Source: the human T2T-CHM13v2.0 reference genome, Homo sapiens
Length of the DNA stretch: 64,000 nucleotides
Reading direction: 5' to 3' (one strand)
NCBI RefSeq assembly: GCF_009914755.1
Contig: NC_060944.1
The notes below the pieces were generated by a model. The model had not been told where the DNA came from. It saw only the letters and a list, made by a program, of their open reading frames with translations, and searched no databases. The position numbers and the translations under genes were made by a program. This document shows positions 1 to 15,721 of this stretch, piece after piece; position 1 is the first letter of the stretch; the number at the start of each line of letters is the position of its first letter.

Positions 1-450
1 CAATGCTTGTGGCTTAAAATAACAATGTACTATATATATCACAGTTCTGTGGGTTGCCTAGGCAATTCTCCTGTACTAGTCAGGGTTTGCTGCTGTGGCT
101 ATCTTCAGCTGATGGCTGGGCTGGGCTGGGCTGGACAGCCCAGGATGACCTTGCCCCCACGTCTGGTTGGCACTGGTGGTGGCTGCTGGCTGGAATGTCT
201 CAGTCTTCTTCCCACAGGCTGCACCATACTTCCACCTATCATGGAGGTCTCAGGCTCCAAGAGAGTGAGAATGGGAGTTCTCGAGACCAGAACTAGAATG
301 TCATTCCTCCAGTCTGCTGGTCAAAGCAATTCCCAGGGCTAATCCAAATTAGAGGCTTCACTTCTTGCTGGGAAGAACAGCAACTTCACGTCGCAGAGGG
401 GTGTAGCCCTAAGAGGCTTCGCTGGGAACCATTTCACTATAAGCATGTGT
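1..450 (-). mobile_element. MLT1-type (ERVL-MaLR) LTR fragment
   Basis: Motifs 'gtggcttaaaataacaa', 'cacagttctgtgggt' and 'tctgctggtcaaagcaa' resemble MLT1 consensus; boundaries approximate. Confidence 0.5.
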
Positions 451-2633
451 CACAGTGCCAGGAAAAGCACAAAGGAACCTCAGGATGTGCAACATTTAGG
501 CCTCTGCTAAAGGTTGAAAGGAAGGGAGATATTCCCCAAGAGATCCTCTGATGATCAAGGGGACAGGCTGCTACACATGGGAGGGATGCCTGGCTCCCGT
601 GTCAAAGCTGCACATTTGCTATGTCTCATTAAGGTGTTTCCTTCAAATTCCTGGGGAAATGACCATCGGCATGTCTCCCTATGGCCTTCACTAGAAATGC
701 TTTTTCACTCAGAAATACAATTACAAACAAGCATGCATCCAGGGAGTACAACCCCAGCCGGCATGTGTCAATGCATCAGCCGCCGGTTCAGTGAATAGAA
801 CTATGAGAAAACGTGTTTTTCTGGTCTCACTTTGGGCTGAAGGTCAGTTTCATTCCCATTCAAAGAGAGCGTCGGGTCACCCAAGGCTCCTCCACACCCT
901 GGCTGATCCAAACAAACATGCTGTTCTTGGCAGACCAAAACTCCTGTCTCTGCAGGATTGCTCTCTGGAGTCCAGCGTTTTCATGCTCCATCTCCAAAAT
1001 GGGGCCACGAGGGAAATTGCTCAAGACACAGAGTTTTGATCAGCACAAAATATACCCCTCCTGAGAACATGAGCACACATGGAGAGCCATGTACACCAGG
1101 TGAGAACCAGCTTCAGTCCCATCTCCGTGCCCTTTCCCATCAGCCAGTCCTGCCCAAGCAGGGACATTCGCCCCACTTTCTAAACAAGCACACTGAATTC
1201 AACAATATTCTGGCAAGTCATGAAGAGCCGTTGTCTCGTTCATTTTGGTCCCACCATCACCTGGCAAGATTTCAATGCACTCTGGCTGCAGGCTCCTCCT
1301 GCTGAGATCATTCCTGTGTATCCCCGACACATCCACCCTCATTCATTTCCCCTGTCCTCACAGACCAATCCAGGGTACCTGGAACAGTCAGGGACCTTGT
1401 TTGCAAGCAACAGAGTCTGAAGCTGGCTAAGGCAGGCCAAAAGGGAAATTTCAATAGAAAGCTGTCTAAGAGCTCACAGAATCAATGCACAGTTTGGCAA
1501 CCAGTCTTACATGTTCCTCTGGGTATATCATGCACCCCTAATGTGGCTGAGAGGTTCCAAGAAGCCTCTGCTGTTTAATAACATCTACACTGAGACCTGA
1601 GAGATGTACAAGACTCACCAGTGCAAGGTATCAGGAGGACCCAGCAGAGCCACTCCCTGCCAGCCTCCCTCAGTTTCCATCAGCTCTCTTGCACCAGACA
1701 TCACTGGGCTTCCAGACCTTACACCACCTAGGGATGTCCTAGTCTGGTCTTGGGGAAGTAGTGCTCCTTTGGGAGTCAGGAAATCGAAATATTTTTTCCT
1801 GCCCCAGGATCCAGGGAATGACACTACTCAGCTATGGGCTTAGTTCCTTCCAGATATGGAAGCATGTGGACTTTGTGACTTTGAAGGCCCACCCAGTCTT
1901 ATGTTCTATTTAGCAGCAGAGAATCCCAGCTTCTCTGTGTTCTACCTCCAGCTTTATAGAATCATGGCATGTTTTGCAGAGTAGTCACTGTGACTACTAC
2001 TGCTTACTGAGCACCTAGTCAACCACAGGCTGTGCCCTAATGAAGGTAACACTGAGGTTCCTAAGCTTCACAGCAACCCTGAGCCAGAGGACCCCGGACT
2101 CCTGTTTACCTGTCCCCCAGATATCTCTGGGCTACTAAACTCTCACAGTACAAATTATCCCAATGCGCAAATAAAATGGTTCCAATCCCCACTCCGCTCC
2201 CAGATGGCAACCATACCTGAGTCCACAGACTATTCAGCAGCCAGCACAGAGTGTCCACCATGCTCCCTGTCCCCTCAGTGGCTGTTCCTTGTTAACTTCT
2301 GCTGCCCACAAACCACCTGCCACTTGTGCCTGTCACAGGCACACCACGCTCCACATCCTGAGCTCTCCCAGCTATTTGGATGTTGAGGCAGGGCTGGGCT
2401 CTGTGCAGGGTGAGGGGTTCTTCTATCATGTATGTGGTCCCTTGGGCCCAAGGCAACTTGGCCTTCATCCAGATGCCTCATGGGGTTCTTTTCTTAAGGC
2501 CCATTCTTCCAACTCTGCCTTGCCCAGACCCTGTCCACAGCACTGCGTTCAAATGTCCTTCCATCTTCTCTAAGGGCCACCATGCACAGTCACATTGTTC
2601 TTTCCTCCTTTGAGTAAAAAACCAAAGTTCCAG

Positions 2634-2803
2634 ACAGAACAAGTCACTTAATCTGCAGGGCCCAGTGCAAAATGAAAATGCAGGTTCCCTTGTTCAAAAC
2701 TGACTAAGAATCTCAAGACGATGACCACAAAGCATTAACCTAGCATGGGGCCCTTCTGAGCCCTGTGCGACTGCACATACCATGTGCTGGGAAGTCAGCC
2801 CTG
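2634..2803 (-). mobile_element. MER45-like hAT DNA transposon
   Basis: 'gggcccagtgcaaaatgaaaatgc...ccttgttcaaaa...gggcccttctgag...ccctgtgcgactgcac...agccctg' matches the reverse complement of MER45A as recalled. Confidence 0.7.
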
Positions 2804-3479
2804 GCGCCAGGCACCTGGGTGGCCATGCACGGGTGGTGAGGAGGATCTAATGTGCATGTCAAAGGCCAAAAGATCCCATGTGGGAAAACCAAGATGCTCT
2901 ATGTTTGTGCAACTTTCCCATGGCTTTCTTCCACTCCACCCCTCCAAAGTGCTCAGCAAATGAATTTAACAACTGAATGAAAGCGGGGAGGAACAAACCT
3001 ATGAGTTGGCAGGAAGCAAGACTGGTGCTTGGGTTTCCTGGCTCCTTCTTCATTGTTTCCACTCTTCCCAACTGCCAACCCTGTGCTGTAGGAGTTGTTT
3101 GCCTTAAGGGAAAGGTATAATTTTAAATTTATAACTAGGTCAGAGTAGCCCAGAAACTTTTTCTATCCTTGCTAGGGAGCTCGTGCCCCACCCTCTTGAG
3201 TGACTTTCTCAAAATATTTTGCAAATGTCCTCTCCAGTTTCCAGATTCGCCTGTGTCAACACAAGATTGGTAAATTAACCAGAAAGTATAGGACCTGAAC
3301 TCAGACGCTCAGAATTGAGATCCCTGCTTGAAAGTGAGAACTCAAGCACCTTCAAAAGTGTCATAAAGCAAAATCGCCCGGCTGTCCTTCCATCTCCATG
3401 GGGGAAGATATTTTTTGGAAGGGCTTCGATGATTTCCCTATAATATTTTTGCCTGTGTCACTACAAGACTCTGTCCTAA

Positions 3480-3944
<465 letters not shown>

Positions 3945-5244
3945 TAACAGCAGTGAGAGGATAAAACCAACATAATCTTTTCTGTGTTCTTGTTGCATCC
4001 AGACCTTGCAGGCATCGTGCACCCTGAATTATGCTTCTTCATCCACCCCTCACCCTTACCAACTGAACACATTATTCCCCAAGGTGAGATGCAATATTAT
4101 AAATGGGTCCTAGAGCGACGAGCGGCTGAGCTCTGCAGGAGAAGCCCACACAGGGAGCTGTGTGGAGGGTGGGGGCCAGTGCTGGAAGAATTCTGGTTTT
4201 CATTAAGTTTAGGCAAAGTTAACCACATGGACGTATTCTTTTCTGCTAATTTCAGACATTCTGAGTTTTAAAGTGCAAACTAAATGCATTACATATCTAG
4301 AAGACACTGGAAGAAGGCAGAAGGGATGATATAGTCTGTTGTGGAAATCGAGAAGTGGACTTCCTCAAAGGGCACATGGCAATGCAATTACGGCAAAGCA
4401 TGGCTGCTGGAGGATGGAGCTCTTTAAAGCAGTCCCATGAATCTTGCTGTGCCAATGTCAATCCTCACCTGCCTTCTTTCCCTGCCCCAGCCCTGCCAGG
4501 TGTGTTTTTTTAAATCTTGATTTTCTTGTGAAGTAAGATCTTGTTAATTAGAATGGAAACAGCAACAATTTTCAAACAATATGTCTTTTGGTTATTCATC
4601 TATCAGAAAGAAGAGAAGTTGATATCTGGGAATAACTAGGAACAATTCATGTTTGGGTTTTCCCTATAAAATGGAAGAATAGAGCTTCAGTTAAATAAGC
4701 CATCATGGAATGGGAAAGGCCATGGTGAATGCTGTGTTGTGGTTTCCCAGACACCCCTCATCCCCTAACAGACCACGATGGTGGCGCCAAAGGCTCCCTG
4801 CTAAGCCCGTCTGGGAAATTTCCTTGGCCTAAAGACAGCCACGTGGCCCAACGCCCACCCCTCCACCTGAGTTCCATGTTGTCTACCTTCTGATGTGAAT
4901 TTCCTTTATTCATTCTTAGAAGAGGTTCCATGGTACAGTAAGATTGCAAAAGTCCAGTGACAAGGCCCAGAGGTGGGGTGTGGAGGGGAGCAGAGGTGGA
5001 GAGAGAAAGAAATAATAATGCAATAAACCAGTACGCCACACACTTGGGATACTCAGTAAATGTTTGTTGGGTTATTGATCTATTTATGGAAACACTTGTA
5101 AATAACTAAGGACTGATGATCCTGAAAGCAAAATATAGTCTTCCTCCCACTTCTCCTGAACTTGAAGAATCTCACAGAATTCTGTATTTATACCAGCAGC
5201 ATATGATATGATTTGAATCCTGTTATTTCATGAGATGTTTAAAC

Positions 5245-5456
5245 CAGACTTTCTCAATCTCAGCATGATTAACATTCGGGGCTGGGTAATTCTTTATTGT
5301 GTGGTATTGTCCTGTGCATTGAAGTATTTTCTAAGTAATGCCCCTGACATCTACTCACTCAATGCCAGCAGCACCCCCAGTCCCAGTGTGACCAGCTGTC
5401 TCCAGACACTGTCAAATGTCCTCTGGGAGCAAAATGTCCCGCCTTGAGAACCACTG
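5245..5456. mobile_element. MER20 (hAT-Charlie)
   Basis: 'tttctcaatctcagca...attcggggctgggtaattctt...gtcaaatgtcctctggg...ttgagaaccactg' is typical of MER20. Confidence 0.75.
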
Positions 5457-5547
5457 ATTTAGAGCAATGACCCAGAAGAACTAAATATTTATTCAAGAAA
5501 AGAACTCTGAATTATTTTGACTCAGATCTGCAAGAACATTTTTATCT

Positions 5548-6005
<458 letters not shown>

Positions 6006-6166
6006 TAGCTGAGCACCTGTTGCACATCAGGCATTGCTCTGAGTAATGCGGATAAAGCTGCACACAAGACGGAGGCTAGCCCAGCCTCAAAGAACTTTCC
6101 CTCTAGTGGAGAGGAAGGGGACGGCACACAAGGAAATGAATATACAACTTCAGTGGGAAGTCCACG

Positions 6167-6931
6167 TGAAATGGAAGAGTTCCCTGACCCTCCTCACATG
6201 ACACGCAATAGGGGTGTGGCTCATCTGTTTGGCCACCTCACCTGTGCAAACCCCTTACAGGAAGGGGAGCATGCAGACAAGCAGGTGCAGGAGCCAGGGC
6301 AAGCACCTTGGGGCTCCAGCCCCATGGTAGCTTCTAGGGGTGGGTGCCTGCAACTCCCAAAGCCCAAGTAGGCATGTGTTACCATGCATTCTTTTAGCTG
6401 TGCTGCCTGCAGATAGCTTAAGTGTTAACCAGCTCAGTGCCCTCATGGTACCTAGGTCCTTGTCCGGCATCCAGGAAGAATCAGGTCACACACAGACTTG
6501 AGGATGGTGAATGCAGGGTTTTATTGAGTGGTGGAGGTGGCTCTCAGCGGGATGGATGGGGAGCTGGAAAGGGGATGGAGTGGGAAGATGATCTTCCCCT
6601 GGAGCTTGGCTGTCCTGCAGTCTATCTCCTCTCTGACCTCCCCCAGCTGAATTTCTCTTGGCGTTCAGATGGTCCCTTTCTTCTCTCTGCCATGCCATTC
6701 TGCTGTTCTTCTGTTCTTCTGCTCGTTCCCTCGTCTGCTTCTGAAGCCTAGGGTCTGGGGTTTGTACAAGTACAGGATGGGGGGCACAGCAGGCCAAAAG
6801 GCAACTTTTGGGCTTGAAAACAGGAATGGCTGTTCCCATTTAGGGCCACGGGTTTCCAGGCTTGAGGGTGGGATCTTTGCTGGGGAACCGCCCACTTCTA
6901 CTCAGTATTTCCCTGTCTCCTGTCCTTATCA
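6167..6931 (-). mobile_element. ERV1 solo LTR (LTR1/LTR27/LTR28-like)
   Basis: Minus strand starts 'TGATAAGGACAGGAGACAGGGAAATACTGAGTAGAAG...CCCACCCTCAAGCCTGG' and ends '...TTTCA' (TG..CA termini); subfamily recalled. Confidence 0.7.
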
Positions 6932-7984
6932 CGTGTAGAGAAAAAAGGCACTCAGCTAGAGAGGGATGGGGAAGGTGTGAGCTGTTTTAGGTAGGAGGGT
7001 CAGGGAAGGTCTCTCAGATGAGGTGACATTTGAGCAGAAACTAGGATGAAAAGAGAAAGCCAGCCCTGTCAGCGTCCACTGCAAGAACAGCTAACCTCTA
7101 ACCCTCAGCCCTGGGAAAGGCGCAAACACAGCTTGCTCTGAGAACAGCAAACAGGGCACTGGAGCTGAATTGGTGTGAACAAGGGTACAAGGGGGAGAAG
7201 ATGAGGTGGGGAGATGGAAGGTGCATGCCATGCAGGGACTTGGCTTTGATTCGATTTTGGCTTATAGTCAGAGTGAGCGGGAAGCCAAAGGAGGGTTTGA
7301 GCTGGGGGGGACTGACAAGTTTCTAAAGAACCACTGTGGTTGCTATGTTGGAAATAAAAAATGAGGGGGTTGGGTAAGGGCAGGGGCAGGAAACTATATC
7401 AGAGATGTAGCTAATTAGGATCAGCTGCATGGGGCCAAAATTCCCAAATAACAATGACTTCAGTAACACAGTTGCTTCTCTCTCTAATGTAAACCAAGTA
7501 TAGAGATAGGCCGATTGAGGCTGGTAATGGAGACCTTAAATTTTCTTCCAGCCTGCTTCCCCGCCATCCAACATTGCTGCCTCACAGTCCCAGAGGGTGG
7601 TTCAGTCCCAGCCAGCACGCCTGCATTCCAGCAAGCTGCTGTAAGGAAAGGTCAAAGAAGAACCCATTCTGTCCTTTTAAGTGTATTTCCTAGAAGTCGT
7701 ATAGGACACTTCTGTTTATTTCCTATTGGCCAGAGCTCCAGGGGAGGCTGGCAAATGCAGGTCTGTATTCTGAGCTACCATGTGCCCTCCCACTTCAAAA
7801 TAATCGGGATTCTGTTCCTAAGGAAAAAGGGGGATGAATGCGGGAGACCATTAGCCATCTTTACCTTGGAGAAGACTGCACCAGTCCAGGTGAGAGATGA
7901 TGGAGGCTCAACTGGGACGGGGAGAGTGGGGGTGGGGATGAAAAAGAAAAAAACTTATCTGAGGAATATGAGTCTTTTTAAATG

Positions 7985-8800
7985 TCAAACCCACAACAAG
8001 CATGTTAAAAAAATGGTTAACATCACTAATCATCAGGGAAATTCAAATTAAAACTGCAATAAGGTATCACCTTACTCTGCAAGAATAACATTAAAAAGTC
8101 AAAAAACAATAGATGTTTGTGTGGGTGTGGGTGAAAAGGGAATGCTTATACACTGCTGGTGGGATGTAAATTGGTACGACCTCTGTGGAAAACAGTATGG
8201 AGATTTCTTAAAGAATTAAAAGTAGATCTACCATTCGATCCAGCAATCTCACTCCTGGGTTATCTAAACAAAGCAAAATAAATTATTATATCAAAAAGAC
8301 ACCAGCACATGTATGTTTATTGCAGCACAATTCACAATCACAAAGATATGGAACCAACCTAAGTGTCCATTGACCAACGGGTGGATAAAGAAAATGTGGG
8401 ATGTATGTGCCATGGAATATACTACTCAGGCATTAAAACCAACAAAATAATGTGTCTTTTCCAGCAACTTGGATGGAGCTGGAGGCCATAATTCTAAGTA
8501 CAGTAACTCAGGAATGGAAAACCAAATACCGCATGTTCTCACTTATAAGTGGGAGCTAAGTTGTGGATGCGTGGAGGCACACAGAGTGGCATAACGAACA
8601 CTGGAGACTCAGAAGGGGTAGGGTGGGAGGGGTATGAGGGATGAAAAACTACATATTGGGCACAATGTACACTACACTACTCAGGTGACAGGTGCACTGA
8701 AATCTCTGACTTCACCACTATACAATTCATACACGTAACCAAAAATCACTTGCACTCAAAAGCTATTGAAATTTAAAAAATAATTTTTAAAAATAATAAT
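7985..8800 (+). mobile_element. L1 (L1PB-like) 3' fragment: end of ORF2 and 3'UTR
   Basis: 'catcactaatcatcagggaaat', 'ttatacactgctggtgggatgtaaatt', 'gcatgttctcacttataagtgggagctaa', ending in an A-rich tail. Confidence 0.9.
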
Positions 8801-8969
8801 AAGTTGAGGGTAAGGGAGTACATGGATCTCACTGTACTTTCTGCTCAGTTTTGTTGTGAACCTAAAACTGCTCTATGTAAAAGAATAAAATCTATATAAA
8901 AGAATTTTAAAAATTAAAATAAAAATAATAAAAAATAGAAATAAATAAACATCAGGCCAGAGAGATATT

Positions 8970-9375
8970 AAAATGAGACAGCAATCATGTGCTACTTCTG
9001 CCTTGAGCTATGAATTTATCTCCTGAAACTGCTTGCTATTGCCACAAGTAGCTATGTCTTATGTAGCTAATTAACATAATAATGCTTCAGCAGACACTAT
9101 AACCCACACTCTATAGCTTAACAATGTGTAGCCAATCAATCACTAACCAATATTATTGCAGTTAAACCAATGAGAATTCCTAACAAAAAACTTCATACTG
9201 GCCCACTCCCTGTCCCCCTTTTCTGCCTTTGAAAATCCCCTTGTGAGTGCTGCTGAGGGGGTATATGTATTCAGGCAGCTTGAATCAATGTTCCCAGGTT
9301 GCAATCCTCAAGGTTGGCCCGGATCAACCCTACTTATATAAATTGTGCCCCAGCTTCTTCTTTTTAGATTGACAG
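8970..9375 (+). mobile_element. ERV1-type LTR fragment
   Basis: CCAAT-rich body ending 'ttagattgaca', typical of MER4-group LTRs; subfamily uncertain. Confidence 0.45.
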
Positions 9376-9487
9376 TGGATATTTAGAAGTGGTGAAATTC
9401 TGGAAATATTCTGGAGGCAGAGCTGACCTGTTTTGCTGATGACTTAGGTGTGGATGTGAGTGACAGAGGGGAGCCAGGAATCAAAAT

Positions 9488-9945
9488 TGTTTTCAGTTTC
9501 CATGGCTGCACAACAAATTACCAGAAACCAGTCTGTTGAAACAACACAGATAAAGCAAACAGCCCTCTAGAAACCTGGGTGCAGGTCTCACTGGGCTGAA
9601 CTCAAAGTGTGCATGGGGCTGGGCTTCTTCTTTGGGCTCTAGGGGAGAATCCTTGCCTTGCCTCTTCCAGTTCTAGAGGCTGGTTGCATTCCTTGGCTCA
9701 TGGCCACCTAACTCCAGCCTCTCCTTCTGTAGTCACCTCCCCTTCTCTGACTCTGATCTTCCTGCCTCCCTCCTATCAGAACATCAGGCCCACCCAGACG
9801 GGGAAGCCAGGATCATTGCCCCATCACAAGATCCTCAACTGAACCACACATGAGAGGTCTCGTTTGCCATGTAAAGTCACGTAGTCACAGGTCCCTTGGA
9901 TTAGGACATGGTCATCATTAGGCGGCATTATTCTGCCTCCGCAGA
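9488..9945 (-). mobile_element. MLT1 (C/D-like) LTR
   Basis: 'ggctgcacaacaaattacca', 'ggctctaggggagaatcc', 'ttgccatgtaaagtcacgtagtcacagg...attattctgcct'. Confidence 0.75.
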
Positions 9946-10894
9946 AGTTTTAGCTGAATAACCAGGAGACTGGACTTGTCATTTAGTGAGATGGAGAAGA
10001 AGAAGGTTTGTGGGGAAGGGCAAGAGTCAAGCCCTGGTTTTGGCGGTGTTGATTTGGGACATCCTACTAGGCACCCAATGAAGAGAAGTGGAGCTGGCTG
10101 GTGGGAGGTTCAATATGAAATACAGGGATCTGAGCAGGAAATGTAAGTTGTGGGGTCAGCAACAATTGGATAGGATGTGCGACCCCAGGACGGGCTCTGT
10201 TTATATTGGGAATGTAAAGAAAGTGGTGTGGGAACTGAACTCTGAATGCCAGTGCTTAGAAGACTGGGCCATGAGGAAAAACCAGCACAGGAGACTCATA
10301 AGGGGCTTCTGGTGGGGAGAGGGAGACCCAGAGAGTGTTTCTTGTTTCTTTTATGAGTTTCATTGGCAACAGTAAGAAAAAGGGCTCCCTCTCTGGCTTT
10401 TGCCCAATACCCTGCCACTGCACCCCCTGCTCAGGAAGAAATGCAATCGGTTGAGGCAGCAGAAACAGGACAGAGGGCAGCTGGGAGGTTGAATACACCT
10501 TAGGAGTGAGAAGGGGTAACAAGGTCTTTTGGGACTGACAGCTCCTACCTTTTGGGTGGCAGCAGCACCTTCCCTGGCACCAGGTCCCATCCTTCTCTGC
10601 AAAATAGCTCTTTCTGTAGGATGTTACCTTTCCTGCAACAGTGGACCTCAGCCTCAGCTATGCAGCTTTGAAAAGTGCTTATGCTTGGGAACCACCCCAG
10701 AATTTTGGATTTAATTGATCTAGGACGAGGCCCAGATAGGGCAAGCTTAAATGGCTCTCCTGCTGATTCCAGCATGCAGCCTGCTCTCCAGCTACAGCAA
10801 ACCCTCCATCCACTGCAATCCCTGCAGGAGGCTGTTTTGCTAGCTTATACCTCAGATAAAGTCCTTTGTGTTTTAACTGTTCCTATGAAGTCCT

Positions 10895-11650
10895 GGTGAG
10901 GACGTGGAAGAACAAGAGCTCTCATGCTGTGCTGGTGGGATGTAAGATGGTGCAAGTGCTTTGGAAAACTGGCTGTTCCTTAAGGAGTGAAATGTTCACT
11001 TAACCACAAGGTCACAATTTTACCCCTAGATACTTACTCGAGGGAAATAAAGGGTAGGCGCGGTGGCTCATGCCTGTAAACCTAACACTTTGGGAGGCCG
11101 AGGCAAGTGGATCATTTGAGGTCAGGAGTTAGAGACCAGCTTGACCAATATGGTGAAACCCCGTCTCTACTAAAAATAAAAAATTAGCTGGGCATGATGG
11201 TGGGCGCCTGTAGTCCAAGCTACTGGGGAGGCTGAGGACAGGAGAATTGCTTGACCCTGGGAGGCGGAGGTTGCAGTTAGCCGAGAACGTGCCACAGCAT
11301 TCCAGCCTGGGCACATGGGCATAGAGGAAGACTCTGTCTCAGAAAAAGGGGGGGTGTGGGGGGCAGGGGAAATAAAAAGATAACACCACAAAAAGGCTTC
11401 TAGACAATATCCCCTAGAAGCTCTATTTGTCCAAAACTGGAAACAGCCCACAGGTAAATAAAGAGATTGTGGAATAGCCATATATGGAATGCTACTCGGT
11501 GATGAAAAGAGACAGACCATCAATGCACTGAACATGGATGAGTCTTGAAGATATTATGCTGAACAAAAGACCCCAAGTGCAAAGGACCACATATAAGTGC
11601 AATTCCCCATGGGAAGCTCTAGAAGAGGCACACCCAATCCACAGTGACAA
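10895..11650 (+). mobile_element. Old L1M fragment interrupted by an Alu
   Basis: 'gtgctggtgggatgtaagatggtgcaagtgctttggaaaac' before the Alu and 'ccaaaactggaaacagccca...catggatgagtcttgaagatattatgctga' after it. Confidence 0.7.
11055..11346 (+). mobile_element. Alu (AluS-like)
   Basis: 'ggcgcggtggctcatgcctgtaa...gaggtcaggagtt...ggaggcggaggttgcagt'; gggaaataaa on both flanks. Confidence 0.95.
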
Positions 11651-12843
11651 ATGCAGGCTGTCTATCAAGGAAGAAAATGGTCCCTCAATATCCATTTTCT
11701 CCATCCCCAATATTCCTCTGAGCACATGGCCACTTAGCATAAAAGCCACATTCCTCAACATCCTTTGCAGCTGTGCATAGCCATGTGCCTAATTTCCAGC
11801 CAGCAGGAAGTAAGCAGGAAGAAGTGTACAACTTCTTTAAAAAGAAGAGTTAACGATTTTGCCATCTGAGTGATGATGAGGACGTTTCCAGCCACCAAGA
11901 TTGCTGATGCCGAAAAAGAAGAGTTGTCTCCCCTTTCCTTCCCACCTTGGTCAAAATATACCATCTTGCTTGGGTCAAGAAGATAAGGAATGGGACAAAA
12001 AAGTACCAGACACCGTGGACCATCACATTTGCCTGGACTTCCTACACCTGCACTATTATGTGGAAAGAATGCAAGTTATGCAAGTTATTTCTTTGTGGAA
12101 CCTCTCTTATTTGGGGTGGCTATCAGAGCAGACAAATCTAGGTCCTAACCAATTCAGGTTCAGGGGATGAAGGGGGCTGAAATCACAGATTCTCAGGAGG
12201 TTATCACAATGCAATTCCTCATTCAGAGGACATGAGGAATTAGCAGACAAGCTGTGGGGAAGGAATGGAGCCTCCGTGTCTCCAACCTCCCTGTCCACCA
12301 GGGCAGCCACTGGAAACCCAGGACTTGGCATATCCCACAAGTAAGAGAAACACACGGTGTCCTCCCTCCCGAGCCAGGCCTCTCACGCGCGCTGATGATG
12401 GCAGTAGCCATGCTGCTCTCAGGACCAAGGAATCTGTCCCACAGCCGCTGGGAGGTGTGTTGGCCGATACCTTCAGCTGTCAGCTCTCTCCAGGAGCCAC
12501 CTCAGCCCAGCCGAGTCCACATGAAGTCTTGTCTCTCCTGGGAGCAGCTGCACCCAATACTGATCCACCTGGAGTGTGGAGGCCCTCCCCTGAGCTGACC
12601 AGCTCTGAAGAGCCATTATAGCCTGACAGGTCCCCAGGGGGTGGCTGAGGCCTCTGTGGAGACACCTGCAGCCTTGTTTTTCCCTGGTGAACCTCCTGCT
12701 CTCCAGTCTCAACACAGAGCTGCTCCCCCTCTGGAACCAGCCAGTGACAGGCAGACAGCTATGTGTGGAACACAAGAAGCAATTGCAAACATTCTCTCCA
12801 CACAATGCCCACAAGACCCCACAGGCCACTACTACTGAGGTCA

Positions 12844-13245
<402 letters not shown>

Positions 13246-14319
13246 TCACCCATATCCCAGATGAGGCACATCATCTGGGGGGCACATCACGAACTTACCC
13301 ACAATCTTTGCCTAAGTCACAGGAGGGCTGTAAAGAGAGCCGGGAGAGCCCCAGACACGCAGAGAGGCTGCAGGCTGGGAAGGCTTGAGGGGAGACCCTC
13401 AACCAGCGCCACGGGGCAGGAAAGTGGGGATGGCTTAGACGGCTAAAGCCTGCTGAATGACAGAAACACCCTTGTCTCCCCAGACGGCCTCAAGAAGATA
13501 TCATTTCTCGACAGTGCCATAGCAAGGAATTTTTTTCTGGGAATTAAGCAGTGCAACGCAAGGGAAGAGGGAACCGCAGGAGGCCATAGGATCCCAGCAG
13601 AAGCCTGGGGATTTCAGCATCACCTGCATCTGGAAGGGCAAGGACCTGAAAGCTCTATACCGCTCTGGCCGCTGGCCACCATCCGAAGGTCTCCCCAGCA
13701 GCCGGCACCCTGCACAGGGTTCACAGGAGGCTCAGTGTCTGCACAACACAGACTGCGGCAGGAGCAGAGGGACACCACACTGGCACCAGCCACTGGGCCT
13801 CAGTGGGCCCCTAGAGATTAGATTTCTCCCTTCTGGCAAAAGAGCAAAGTGCCATCTCAAGCTGCAGGTCAAAAAGTTCTCCTATGTAATTGTCCACTTC
13901 TTTTATTTAAGAACTCAAGGTAAAAACAAATTTCTGCTCTAACTGGCAGTCAGACCTCACGCTGCTTGATGTTCACAGTTCCCAAGCCTGAGCCACTGCT
14001 GGTCATCAGGGTTGGTGGTCAAGAGGACAGGCTGGACCTGAGCAAAGGAGGGCCATGTCACGCTGGGACCTGTTGGACATCTCTGCATCTGTCCATCGCC
14101 ATATCCGACCTCAACCATGCTTGAGAGTGACAACTGCCACCTCACTGCAGCCTCCTGGATCTCAGGCAAGTTTTTCTTTGGCCAGCTGTAACCTGGAGCT
14201 GCGCAGGGAAGGGGTTCAGGTCACAGAGCTTGGCCAGGTCAAAAGGCACCATCCAGCCAGAGCCCTGAGGTGTAGCTGGCTGGTTCTTCAGGCGTGTGCA
14301 GCCCCTCCCTGGAGTCCTA

Positions 14320-14440
14320 CCCCAACAAAGAGCATGACGCTGCTCCTCACAGTGGCCCAACCTCACCTCTCAGCCTCGGTTTCCTCATCTGTACAATGGA
14401 GACAGTCATAAAACCCATCTGACAGGACCATTGCAAAGAT
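14320..14440 (+). mobile_element. MIR fragment
   Basis: MIR core 'acctctcagcctcggtttcctcatctgtacaatgg'. Confidence 0.7.
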
Positions 14441-15721
14441 CTTCAAAAACTACAAAGCCATACCAAGATGAAAGCAATCATCACCATTTAAGATGAGAAA
14501 AGCAGAATCTTGAAGAACAATGTTCAGTTTGGAGCATCAGTTTGCTTTTCCCTCCCCCTAAAAAAACTCCACAATTTAGGAGCTGCTGCCAATCATGAAT
14601 CCTGACAGTGAATAATGATAATTTTGCAATTGTTTTACACAAGTTATTTAAAATAAAATATCTGATGTGATTTCCAAATTACAGGGCTTGTTCCTAAGCA
14701 ACAGCACAGGCTTTAAGAAATATGCACAAGAACAGAGAGAATCCAGGGCTGTGTTTTAGCAGCAGCTGTGCTGGGTAAGGGTAAGCCTTGGCCAAGGATG
14801 TCTGCCTTTCCCTCACCATTGCCCTCTGCCTTAGGGATCTCAAGAAGAAAGTGACCTTCTCTTCTTCTTTGGGGAGGCAGTTGACTCCTGACACATTGGC
14901 CTGGTGGGCCATCGGCTTCTACCCTGGCTTCCCTGCTGCTCCCAGCCATTGGTCCTTCACGAAACCCCCAAGGTTCATGTACCACATTCTTATTCAGGGC
15001 TGGTAGTGCATCTCTGCAGGCCCTTGCACCTACAAAGTGCAGGTGGCCAACTTCTGGCTTGTTGGGGCCCCTGCTCTGCACACACACACGTAGGTGGAAC
15101 CGCCCTCCTGAGACCTCTTGGTTTTCATGGACCATGGTACCACCAAGGCATTTCCCCTTCTCAGCCCAAGTCTTTAGAACCCCATCTCTTCCTCATGCCT
15201 GTAGTTGCCCAGCAGGCTCTCATTCAGTCCTTGTCCACTCTTCTTGGTGGGCCCAGACCCATCTCTTCAGTCTTTTTCCTTCATGGTGGAGCCCATAAGA
15301 CATGGGGCCAACAAGACCCCACTGGGGCTTGCTGTTTTTATGGTTAACAGTGGGCTCTATCAGTTTTTAAAAATTAGATAAAATGAGGAAGGCCGAGTTC
15401 CCTGGTTTGGATGGATACCATCTCTTTTGCTGAGCTGCTACCTAAACGAATGCCTTTATTTGCCATCTGCTAAAAGATTAGGTCCTTGAGAGCTGAAACG
15501 ACTACCCTAGCTGAAGAATTGTATCTGATGAAGTGAGATGCTGTTCTTTGCTCCATAGTGCCTATTGGAGTCATTCCTTGTTGCCACCACCCAATGATTA
15601 AGATTGGGAGAATTTCTCTATCAAAGGCAATTTGTGGAACTCAGTCTGCTTTTGCATGGCTGCACCCTATTCTCAACAGTCCAGCACACACAAGTCAAGG
15701 ATATAATAAAACTTCACCAAG